Of a stretch of 64,000 bases of DNA, positions 1-11,113 are shown in pieces (the stretch's first letter is position 1; each line of letters begins with the position of its first letter). The stretch is from Microbotryum violaceum. Its lineage: Eukaryota. The stretch spans positions 2,480,001 through 2,544,000 of the forward strand of contig CDLV01000004.1 of the NCBI GenBank assembly GCA_001244265.2. The letters are read 5' to 3'. The position numbers and the translations under genes were made by a program. The notes under the pieces were generated by a model. That model did no database searches. It was not told the DNA's origin and worked only from the letters and a program-made list of their open reading frames with translations.

Positions 1-3000
1 ATTTCACAGATATGAACCAGCGGATGTCGGTTTGGGAGAAACAGAACGAGATCATTCTCCCGCAGTACAGGAAAGTCGGCGCAAAGCAGCTGCGCAATAT
101 GTTCAGGGCAAAAGGTCGACAGAACGCGCAGTATGGATCCGCCTTGTACTCGCTAGCTCGCACGGCTGAGCTGAGACCGTTCACCCTTCAAAATGCAACG
201 GAGCCCAAGACACGCGGAGTGGCCTAGTGAGTGATCACGATCTAAGCTGCTTGCCGATCTGATGAGCTAACAAGCGGCGGAGGTATTTACCCTTGTCAGC
301 TTTCAACCTTTTAATGAGAAAACGAAGCAGCCGTTGATCTGCGTCCTTGCCTCCCTCCACTCCATCGACGTGTTGATTTCCTTCGCCACAGTTGGGAACG
401 ATTCAGGCGATTGGTCGCGGTTTGTTGGACTTGACTCAAGCTGGCGATACCTGAACGAGAACCGCGCCCCCTCACCGCCCTCGTCGCGACTGGCTTGAAA
501 GACAAACTTGCGCTAGGTGAGAGCCCGGGAAGCACTTGAAAGGAAGGTCCGGACGAGTACAAAGACTCATTTCATCGCTTATGTATTGTCTTCTTCAGGT
601 CCTATGCTTCTCTTCAGTGATGTGAAGGCAGATACTCTCGCCATCTACTTGGACACGGTAAAGAGGCTGGTCGAGGAGCGCACCGCGATCCTTGTAAGGA
701 GTGCGTTGTAAGATGGGTTGACCAGGGTGTGCTGCGCGTCACGACAGTTTTGAGAGGAGTCGCTCACGCCCTTCTGTACCGTCGACGATTTGCATGCGTA
801 CTTCAGAAGCTCGTGAGAATGGGCCCAATCTACCCGGCTCGTCCCCCAGGTTGCCAAATCTTCTCCAAAATGCCGAATTCATCTTGGAAAATCAGTGGCA
901 ACCACCAAATTTCATGATCGACAAATGTAGGACTGAGCTCAACGCCTTGACACTCTGTAAGCGCCGCTGCTTGCTAGGGCTACTATATGAGATGTGCAGA
1001 CTGCTCTCACAATGTTGAATTCCTGATGATCATTGTCTTCTGCATCTACGTTACTATAGGGAAAGAAAAGCACAACCTCAATTTCCACATACGCCTTTGC
1101 CAATTCCATGTGGTTCAGGCCATTATTCGGTGGTCGAGTGACAGGAATGACGGCGAAAGGGGCAACACCGTCAAGCCTTCTCGGATTGCTCGCAAGTCGT
1201 TGATCAACATTTTGTACGAATTTCGATCCATCATCCAGCGCTTTCGGTTTATACACACCGAGCATGAAACAGATGCCGAGGTGACAGCTTGGCGCTCGAC
1301 TGAGTTCGAAGAGAAGAAGCGGGCGTTCTTTGAAAAATTGGACGCATGGATCGACAAAGAGTTCCGAAGTCGTCGCAAGCCAGCAGCAAACAAATCAGAC
1401 GTCACCAAGAAGTCGGAACTGGGTTGCAACAGCCGAGAAGAAGATCAATTACAAGCAAAGAAGGATAACTTTCGGGCGTATTTCAATGTCAACTGGTTCG
1501 TACAAGAGTGGATCGGTGAGTCTTACTTATTCCTTCTTTACGTGTTCTCTCACAGTTTTTTTGGCTCACGCATTTCCACAATTCTGAAGAAACATACACA
1601 GATGATGGTTTACCCCTTGGCGTTTCACGGGAAACCATCAACACCAACAACGTGACTGAACGAGCCTTCAAGACCATCCAGCAAGAGCATCTCCACGGCC
1701 GAGCCAACAAGAGGTATTGCGTAGCACCGGACTCAAGGAGCGAATCTCGACGGAAGAGCTGACAATTCTGCTTGCGCTCTGCACTTGCTAGGATCGACAA
1801 TCTCGTTGTGGTCTTACTCGACAATGCTCTAGTTTATGACATTTGGAAGGACGTATCGGATGCAAAACCGGATCATGTTCTTTGAGATACTCTGGCAAAA
1901 TTGATGGACATCTGGGACCTTGGACAGTTCCGCCCTACCGAAAAGGAGGGCCAGTGGGTGCTTAGTTTACGGTGAGGTTTTACGAGTACCAGTGCCTTGG
2001 CTACCAAGCCCTTACTGACGCGAGAATGCTTCGGATTTCAAACTCAGATCCATGGATTCATCAATCACTCTCGATACTCGCGCGCCTTATTGTCCTTGTC
2101 GCGCATTCAAGCAAACAGGAAATAAATGCGCTCATCTTTGGGCGTGCGATCTGCTGGTTCACAATGGCGACTACCACACAGCGATGAGTGCGTCCGAAAG
2201 CTTTGATCACCCTCGTAGCGGCTTCACAAGCCTACAATCTGACAATTGGTGTGAAATTTTTCTTGCAGACCGCATCATGGTAGCAGCAGCAGCGGCAAAA
2301 GCACTGTCGGACATGCGGGACGGAACAAAATCAAGCAAGCTCCACGACGCCTCCGTCGAAGCCTTGGTCGACAAAGTATTGGACTCTAAAATGCCATCGG
2401 CTTTGGAGGACGACAACGAGCCAGACGAGCCCTTGTCAGAGGACGAACTCGACGAACGCGACGAGGTGGATTCGGACGTCGAGGACGAGGACGAACGCGC
2501 TGCCGATATAGCCGATGTTGCTGAATTTCAGCCCAACTGCTCAACTGTCAAAGGTGAGCAATGTCTGAACGCCTTGCCGGAACGGAGACTTCCGTTCCAA
2601 TCTGGTCTTGTTCTGTCACACAGGAAGATCAGCCAGGAATCGGCCATTGCAACCCCATCGTAGCAAGAAGACAGCCAAACCGAAACTCTCAAAATCGAAG
2701 TCAAATTCAGGGGTCACGCTCGAGCACTCGGGGAGAGTCGATGCAAAGCAACGGCAGCAATTAGACGCTTGATACGCGACAAGCTCAATCCTGATCAACT
2801 TCGTCCAAAAACTTCCAAACACACCATCTTTGAGAACGGAACCACTCAGTTTGGGAAGACCCGTGGACGCCCACGTGAGACGAAAATTTCCAACAGCTTA
2901 TCCTCGACCAAAGATCACGCGGCTGCCAAGCGAATGGCGGCCATTCCCGAGGTCATAGACATCGAAGAACTGAGCGACGACGAGAGGCCACCATGCCAGC

Positions 3001-4216
3001 TCGCGCCGTTACAAGAAGGACGTCTTCCACTCGACATCTACGATACAGTTCAGCCGGAGGAGCGCCGAAGCAATGTTTCCGCCGTCAAGGACATTATCAA
3101 GCGCATTCCCAACGAGGTTCAGAAGGTTGATTGGGACGTATTCCTCGACATTCACGCCGGCGACCACGCACCAGGCCTGAACTTGAGCTCCTTGTGCGAA
3201 ATGGCCAACGCCAATTTGTGGTTGAGGGCTTCGCACATCGATGCTTTCAGCAGCGCTATCAATCGGTTCCAAGGCCAATTGCCTTTCAATGGTCGGTCAA
3301 AGGAGGTTCGTGACCTTGAACCAACATGCTACGCATTCTATCTCCAAGGAGGAAAGTGCGCCAAGGGAATTGGAGGCACTCGACCAACCGAGCGGCAGCA
3401 GGGGGTGAGTTCGGATGGGAGTTCGCGAGCATATCGTTCTATCATTATTGACAGGAGGCCTGCCTCTTTGTTTGCGCTGCCCCTTTACCAGATTATCCTT
3501 TCTCGAACACCAGTTCTACTCTTCCCAACTCATGTCACCAATCATTGGATACTTGTCGAGGCACGCCTTTTGGATTGTGCATTTCGGGTGTACGACTCTC
3601 TTTTTGGCAGGGAGAACATGCGCAAGGAGGCAAACGAAAGTCTCGATGTGAGTTCATCCCCATGACCATCACAAAGCACTTTCAAAGGCGCTCAAACTCT
3701 GCGCAGCTGCTGACGTCATTCGCCCTTTCTGCCTGCCAGTCAATCATCACTTTCTTGGAAACTCGTGCAGAGGGACCGATAGAGCGCATCACTGGAGGCA
3801 TCGATCGACCGACGGTCCCGTACAGAAATTGGAAGCGATTGATTGTCAAAGCGGCGAAGGCCGGCGATCAGCCTCAACCGGATAGATATCCTCAACAGAC
3901 TGATGGCAACGCGTGTGGGGCGTTCGTGTGCCGAACGATGGAAACCCTGGTATGCGCAGCAGTCGCCAAAATGGAACCCGATTGGAGCTGGGGCCCACAG
4001 GTTGAGCCGGGAAGATTTTATTCGGAGCTTCGAGACTATATGTTGGATGTCACCCTGCACTCTCGTCTACGATGCGACATGAGCTCGTCTTGGTTTTCGG
4101 GCTCGCCGGAGTCTCCAACCGTCTCGTGTGCTACTCGTGATCCAGACAACACAATGGATAGCAGGAAGCCTCATGGCAATACACAGCCTGGAGATCACGT
4201 CGGTGAGTTCGAATAG
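1..4216 (+). pseudogene. MULE/Mutator-like DDE transposase with SWIM finger and C-terminal Ulp1 (C48) protease domain; multi-exon, 5'-partial, probably inactivated
   Basis: Motifs in order: FMIDKCRTELNAL (~910-950), LCQFHVVQAI (CxxH, ~1095), TNNVTERAFK (~1643), SWIM CPCRAFKQTGNKCAH (~2090), acidic tract, Ulp1-like NHWILV (~3540) and QQTDGNACG (~3893). GT..AG introns separate the blocks. In-frame TGA at 1883-1885. Confidence 0.75.
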
Positions 4217-6349
4217 GATATTGAAGCTCCTGCATGCTCTATTGTCCTAAGGAGCTCTGCTCTTCTCCTCCTCCTCATGTCCCTTGTTGTTTCGGAATGA
4301 CTCACCCCTGATCTCATCACCCGGCCATTGTTTCGTGCGCAGGCTACTGTGGTAGTGCTAAACGGTTGCGATTGGAACTTGTGCGCCGAACGCCACAGGA
4401 GAGGAGAGAGAGCGACGACGGGGACGGGCCGTACGCGAGAGGGGCAAAGCGCGCGCGGGGAACTGCCGGCGCCGAGATGGGAGAAAGGGGAGGAGAGAGA
4501 GTTTGAACGGGGACGGGGACGAGAGACTCGGAGACTTCGACGCTTGAACACTTGAACACTTAAAAACACACACACACTCAATTCCCAACAATGAAGCCGT
4601 GAGATCTAACCAGCACCAACCGTATGGCCTGATTCTTCCTGAAGTGATCTACCTAAGAAAGAGAGCAAACCGAGTCCCGTCGAGCCACAAAAGTCCCCAA
4701 GTCCCCCTTGTCCGTTGCGCTGTCCCGAAGCGGCCCGCCGCCCCCCTGCTCTGCTACCTCCTACAATTCGCAAGCCTTCCGAGGTACCAGGATTCTCGAA
4801 CTCGATGATACATGTGATCACTGAGATGTTTTGATAAACTAGTTGTACTTTTCCTTCGTTCGATCCTCTGCCTCTTGTACCCGAAGGTGTCATTCGGACA
4901 ATCTGAGACTTCTCTCCTTCCGATGCCTTTGGCGTTCGCGAATGGACTAGGGTAGCCAGAGCCAGGAGTCGACTAGCGCTCGGGGACAGGATCGGAGGTC
5001 GTCGCGCGCGCGGGTAGGATTGCCTCATCCGGCGCCGGGTCAATCGAGTCACAGTTGTCGTCGGTGAGTCGTCGGTCGTGCACAAAGGAGATCCCGCCAT
5101 TAAAAGCTTGGATCGAGAAGGTCACACTCGTCGCAAGTGGCGCTGTGGAGGGATCATGCCGAACCATCGAACACCCGTTTACACCCGTTTAGCGCGGCGG
5201 AGCTCGGCAGTCAATTGGGTGCACGATCCGGAGTACCACACTACAGCAGTGACGACGCGGTAGAAGTCTCACAACATTAGAGTAAGTTTCAGGACAGAAA
5301 AAGCAACTTCTTGGCTTTGCTCGTGCCCTTGATTCCAGATTGTCACTCAATGATCCTTCCTCTCTTCGTGTCTGCGCCGCTCTAGTTTTTACCCCTGTGT
5401 CTACGAGATCCGTAACCTTCGAGGGGTCGAGACTTGCAAGGAATGTTTCGTCCTCTCCTGACACAGTCATTATCCAGCACCCACAACCTGGCGGTTTGTC
5501 ACACGTGGAATCTGTACAAGGAAACAACATGTCGACAGCACGAACTCGTCTTGCATCGGACCAATCCGATTCGCCCCTAAACCGACCAACGCTCGCCTTT
5601 CCTTCATTTTCGCCAGTATTCGCCACGCGCGACATCGAACACCTACAAAGAAATGCAAGTACTCTGCGGTTCCTCAAGAGAGTAGCCCTTCCGCTGTTGT
5701 TACTCCCAGCAAACGGCGTCATTCGGCAGCGGAAAGCGTGACCCGAGCTCCAGTCGGCGGAAAGCTTGCTCGCAATGTCGAGACCGAAAGTTGAAGTTTG
5801 ATCTAGATCATCCATGCTCGAAGTAGATACAGTCTAGTATTTCATCATACCAAGAAAGAGCTGACAACTGGTTTGTTCACTTTGAGCAGCTGCACTAAGA
5901 AAAGGAGAGGTAAAGCGAGCCAAGTTTTTACATGTGATTACGTTTAAATATCGTTCAACTGCAATGATCATACAAGCAAAAGTCCGCCGATGTCGAAGCG
6001 TGACTTATTAGAATCTGTATCTTCGCTCGATCTCTATAAACTGTTCTTCATGGATGAGAGAAGCGAGGGACCGGTGCCAAATCTGGTCTAATCCGAGTCG
6101 GCGCAATCACGTTCGGGAGTGTCGGCCTCGGCGGTTCGGGCGCCGGACCGCTGGCACCACGGGCGCGGAGAGGCCAGGCGGGGCAGAATATCGATGTAGT
6201 AGCTACTGCTTCGTCCGCTTCGTCTCACCGGCCAGAAGTACTATAGACCTATACATGCATCAAACTACTGTTCCCAGAATGATACATCACACATTGCAAG
6301 AGATACAGGCGTCTATACTATGTGGTACCAAAGTCCCCATGAACGTGGT

Positions 6350-7790
6350 ACAAGAATGACCTCGGATGTGATCCCAAAGTCCGCTCCGATGTGATCCCAA
6401 AGTCGCCGTCGCCTCCGATGTGGGACCAGAGTTGCCATTTTCGGAACCAAAGTGCCCTGCTATTCGCGGGATTAACCTAATTCCGCGAGAGGAACCGGGA
6501 TCGAGGCAAGCGAACCCATTCGCCCTTAGATTGGTAGGAGAAAAGCGGTTGATCTTGCGGAGGGTTCGTTTGCAAGTGCAACGAAAGCAGGTTATAGGGG
6601 CAGGGACCTTTCCCCGATTGCAGTACGATGGTGATGAAGTCACCTTGATGACGTTGTACCTTGTCGAACGGTAGGTGAAGCTCGATTCGAGGTCCCACAC
6701 GGAGAGCAGAGATCGAGGGATACATCCTGATGGTGAAACCAGCGTACTCAAAGGAAATGCGTGGGGAGTCACCAGAGTAAGCTGAGAACACCCACAGCAC
6801 GAAGCAACAAGTAGGAAAAGAAAAACGGAAAAAACCCAGAAGAAAGAGCAACAACCCGTGAGAGCTCCGAGTCCATACGAGGACGGCCAGCGGAGTCTGA
6901 GGAGGCCGAAACGTGAAGTGCGGCGATAGTCTGCAATCGCACGCTGTATCGGATGCTCCAGATCAAAGAAGAAGATGAGAGGGAAGGAGCATGCTTCGAG
7001 AGACAATGTCCGCAGGGTTAGATGCGTTATGAACATAGTCGACGACGAAAGACACATCATGAGTTGCCTCGAGTTGGCGTAAGCGTTCGAACGATTTATT
7101 GATCCAACGATTCGTGACCTCCCTTTCCTCCAACTATAGAGGACGCCCGTGCTGTCGCAACGAATCGAAAGCCTAACATGACGAAAAATTGAGTGCGATG
7201 AGCGCTCTCGACGGCCCAGGCTTCCGCGACGGTGATGTGCGCATCCCGAAGTTCTTTCCAGTTCGATGGCAACGGGAAAACGCTCGCACGCGGATCGATG
7301 ACGATACCAAGGGTTATTTCACTGGCTTCGGAGGAAACGTCGACATGGATGGAGGGCGGTTTCAGTGCGAAGCAATACACTAGGTTGTTTGTGTCCTCAA
7401 GAAACTCCTTCCATTCGGAAAGCTCCCGCCGGACATTGTGGAGCGCCCGAACTTTGGTGTATGCGTTTGGGAAAAAAGGGAAACGGCGAGTCCAGTCGAA
7501 CCCTTTGTCGGGCGCGAGCTTCCAACCCAAGTCCGAAATCGCTTCTTCAATCTCTTGTCGAGGGACAGCGGTATCTGGGCAAAATACGATGACGTCGTCC
7601 ACCGGTTCGAAGATCGTGATCGAGGGGAAACGTAACTCGAGGAAGTCTTGGGTTACGTCCGCTAGATTACCGAACACCTCCGGAGTGGTTCGACCGGTGA
7701 CACTGAAAATGTGGGAATCGTGGGAAATGAAGAGGGCGGGGTCGGAGAGAGGGGTTCGAGAGAACGGCTACTCTACGACCACTTCATAGG
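6350..7790 (-). mobile_element. Degraded DIRS-like (tyrosine-recombinase) retrotransposon remnant: RT end, RNase H, YR fragment
   Basis: Minus-strand peptides: EPVDDVIV (RT xxDD-like), VDVSSEASEITLGIVI, HITVAEAWAV and YVHNASNPADIVSR (RNase H), then LHLPFDKV..G..I..CPYNLLSLHL..N..PLFSY..L.RSRFL (YR-like). Boundaries approximate. Confidence 0.65.
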
Positions 7791-7868
7791 AGACAACGAC
7801 CACACCCGGCGAGAACAGATGCGGCAGTATGAAAGGCGTGCAGCCCAAAATGGCTGAACAACCGAAGT

Positions 7869-7983
7869 AAAGCCGAACATGGCTATACGAAATAAAGCCG
7901 AACATGGCTATAAAAAGTACGGCCGAACATGGCTATACGGAATAAAGCCGAACATGGCCATACGAATAAAGCCGAACGTGGCC
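7869..7983. repeat. Tandem repeat, ~24-26 bp unit AAGCCGAACATGGCTATACGAAATA, ~5 copies
   Basis: Read directly from sequence. Confidence 0.9.
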
Positions 7984-8375
7984 AAAACCCCTCAGACACC
8001 TCAGCCCGATGTACAAATCAGCCAAAGATCGCCGTTTTTCGAGGCGCACATTGGGCTGAGCTTTCCCGGGTCCTTCTAATCCCTAACAGCTACTGCACTA
8101 ATAAAGTGATCACAAAAAATGACTAATGACCTGTACAAGCGCGAGCATCGATCGCGACGCGCGTCTCGAAGCGATGGCGAACGGGCCCAAAGTCATGCCA
8201 AAGGCTGCTCAGGATAGGCCAAAAATGCGTCGACCGACGGGAAAAATGTCAAAATCTGCAAAGGCGCCTCGAGGGCGAAACGTGTGTTTCGTCCCAGAAT
8301 GTCAATTTTTTGCAATGCGCCTCGATGATTTTCAGGATTTTGGGTCCTCACAATGTCAAAAAAAAAAGCACCTCC

Positions 8376-8396
8376 GGCTGGGCTTTCGGGGGTCCT
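8376..8396 (+). mobile_element. Transposon terminus (TIR core GGCTGGGCTTTCGGGGGTCCT)
   Basis: The identical 21-mer also ends at 33387, 50899 and 62643, followed each time by unrelated sequence. Confidence 0.65.
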
Positions 8397-8555
8397 CCTC
8401 CCGTGGGCCAATGCCAACTTCCCCCACGCCTCGGCCAACTTCGCCAACTTCATCGCATGCGAGGAGCGCATGTGTGCAGCGGTCCAGCGGCCGCAGGTAG
8501 CCGCAGCGCCCCGATGCGGGTCGAGCTCTGCCCGCACCTTGACAGTCCCGCCACG

Positions 8556-10409
8556 ATGCCCGGAACGACCCACTACGAGTCGGTTCAAGCTCGCCGACTG
8601 GTCAAGATTGGCAAAGAGTCGGTTGAACACGTGTGTCACACTCTTCAGACTCACCCGTGACTTGGGCATGTCGCCGCCGTCGGCCTATCGCCCTTGGGCT
8701 GTGCACGTGATGCTGGCTTCGCAGCCGTCGCGCCGGATGCTGACCCTTATTGCGCCCCGATCTCGTTCATGCAGGTGTCCGCCACCGAGTTCCCTGGCCA
8801 CTACCCTCACGAAGACCATGCTTGGGATTTTGCTCACTTCCAAGAACATCTCGCCGTGACAGTCAACTCGCTCAGTGACCAGGCGATCGAGTTCGACCTC
8901 GTCGGCGTCGACGCCAGCGTCGCCAACGCGTTCAGGCGCATTGTCATTGCAGAGGTCGGTCCACCTCGCGTTCATCTTCTTGTCACAGGCGTAGCCTTCG
9001 AGCCCCGCTCGCGTCGGCAATGTGGCAGCTGTGGTCGGTAGAGCAAGCCACGCCTGGACTCGTCGACCCTTCGCCGCTAGGTTTGGGCGCCTGGGCCCCA
9101 AGCTTCTCTGTCACGGTCGAACAATCTCTGATCCGGAGGGGCTTGCCTTGGTCGCCTTTATGCGTATTACAGGTGCCGACAATAGCAATCGAGACTGTAT
9201 ACGTTTGGAACAACACGTCGATTGTGCAAGATGAGGTGCTCGCGCAGCGGCTGGGGCTGCTACCTCTTCGCATCGATCCTCGCAAGCTGCAAAGCAAGCA
9301 AAGTAAGCGGCGGCAGTCGGCGCCCGGGGGCAATCGACCGCGCACAGGTGTGGCCATTCGCTCATCTGCATGGCCCCTTTCCTCGTTCAGGCCCAGAAGA
9401 CGAACCAACAGACCTCAACACGGTTGTCTTCAATCTGGTTGCCCGCTGCGAGCGCCGCAAGGACGTCAAGAAGGGAGAGAAGGATTCTGCTAAGGTCTGG
9501 ACTGGTACAGAAGGTGCGTCCGCCGCGCCATCTCCCAAATACTGCACCTTGATTGAACACCAGTACCTCTGACCGTCTGAGAAAAGTGCCATGGCATTCT
9601 GCACACCGCAGTTCTGTCTTCGCAGTTGGAGTTTGACCCGAAAGGATCGCAGGCGGAACTCTTCGGCAATGACACACCGCGGGCTGCCGCCAGCGGCATC
9701 CTTCTCGCCAAGATGCGTGGAGGCCAGGTAAGATGATGCACCACCCCGGAGATCTACATCAGGCGAAGCCGGGCCGACCGAGCCAACCGTGACATGGCCG
9801 CATGCTGACGTATGTGGAACGACTTTCATTGTGTGCGCCCAGGAGATTGTGGCTGAACTTCACTGCAACAAAGGAATCGGAAAAGACCACGCGAAATGGT
9901 CCCCTGTCGGTGCGTTGTTGACGAAGGCGTAGGGCCGACCATAGCCCCGCAGAAGCGCACGTAGAGAATCTGAACTCACTGCTCCCACGCCGGTCATCGC
10001 AGCTACTGCCTCCTATCGGTTGCTTCCCAGGATCACACTGAAGCAGGACATACCCGCATCATTGCACGTCAAGTTCGCTGCGTGCTTCCCGTCTGGAGTC
10101 GTAGACATCTCTTCGGGATCCGTTCGCATCGTCAATGCTCGCGCCGACACGGTCAGCCGGGAGGTGCTCCGTCACGCAGAGTTTGAAGAACTGGTCGAAT
10201 TGGGGCGCATCCGGGACCATTTCATTTGTAGGTGGCTGCCAGAGTGTTGACTCGCAAGGTATCGCTCTGTTGGTGCTTACCCGCCGCTCTTTGCAGTCTC
10301 GATCGAGTCGGCCGGGCAATACAACCCGGACGAGCTATTTCCTGCAGCTGGGGACGTCCTCCTGGCCAAGATCCGAAATCTGAGGCAGTGCCTCCGGGCC
10401 GCCATGTAG
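8556..10409 (+). CDS. RPC40: DNA-directed RNA polymerase I/III subunit AC40 (RPAC1), 8 exons
   Basis: Spliced peptides: [25 protein letters not shown] / [33 protein letters not shown] / [32 protein letters not shown] / ..[10 protein letters not shown] / [22 protein letters not shown] / [24 protein letters not shown] / [16 protein letters not shown] at 8556, TAG at 10407-10409. Confidence 0.95.
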
Positions 10410-11113
10410 TAGTGTTTTGTGATAGCTTGAAAGGGGCTAGGCTACTTGCGAAAAACGGAAAATCCAATGGCCCACTCCGTGCAACTCTGGGCTGTTTGCA
10501 GGGAAAGGGCTTCAACCAATAGGTCTCAAATTAATAACTTCGAGCTCGAGGTTGAACACCTCGGGCAGACATAAAAAATACGCCTAAACAGGCGCGCGCG
10601 CAGCGCCCCCTCACGTGCCTTCCAAGTCACTGCCCCAGCGCGGTGTACCCTTGCTACCCCAGGGCGCCGACTTGGCCACGTTGAGGTATGCCCACCTCGA
10701 TGTCGAGCTACCGAGACGTTCACTCCCACTATAACTCGGTGGAAAACCTGGAAACAAAGGCACAGTCGGCGAGTAATAGTGCATTCGGATTTTTGCATAT
10801 ATTTTGAGAGTTACTATTGTCCTCTGCAAGCTGAACAAGAGCGCTACCTCGAACACGTGATTCGGCACGGGTCGCGTGGAACCATTGGGGCCGGGACTGG
10901 CCGGGACGTCGACGCGTCACGACTCCGGAGACGTTGGAGAGGGCCGCGACGCGTCGCGCTCGCGCATACCGCCCATTCTTTTGCTTTGCTCAATCGCCCC
11001 CTACTACGTATACGAAGTAACGAACTAGAAACAAGCATCCGTCACCTTGCGACAGTCTGAAACGAACGCCCACTTCGAAATACCGGATCAGTCATAGTCT
11101 TGCTGCTCCTGTC

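Noticed and set aside
259-300. Hammerhead ribozyme core (CTGATGAG)
   Set aside because: It lies within a GT..AG intron next to a CTAAC branch site, and I could not see the GAAA core or the required stems.
4600-5900. Minus-strand ORFs 4606-5100 and 5189-5815 as a gene
   Set aside because: No recognisable motif or consistent splice model; may be a decayed accessory gene but cannot be supported.
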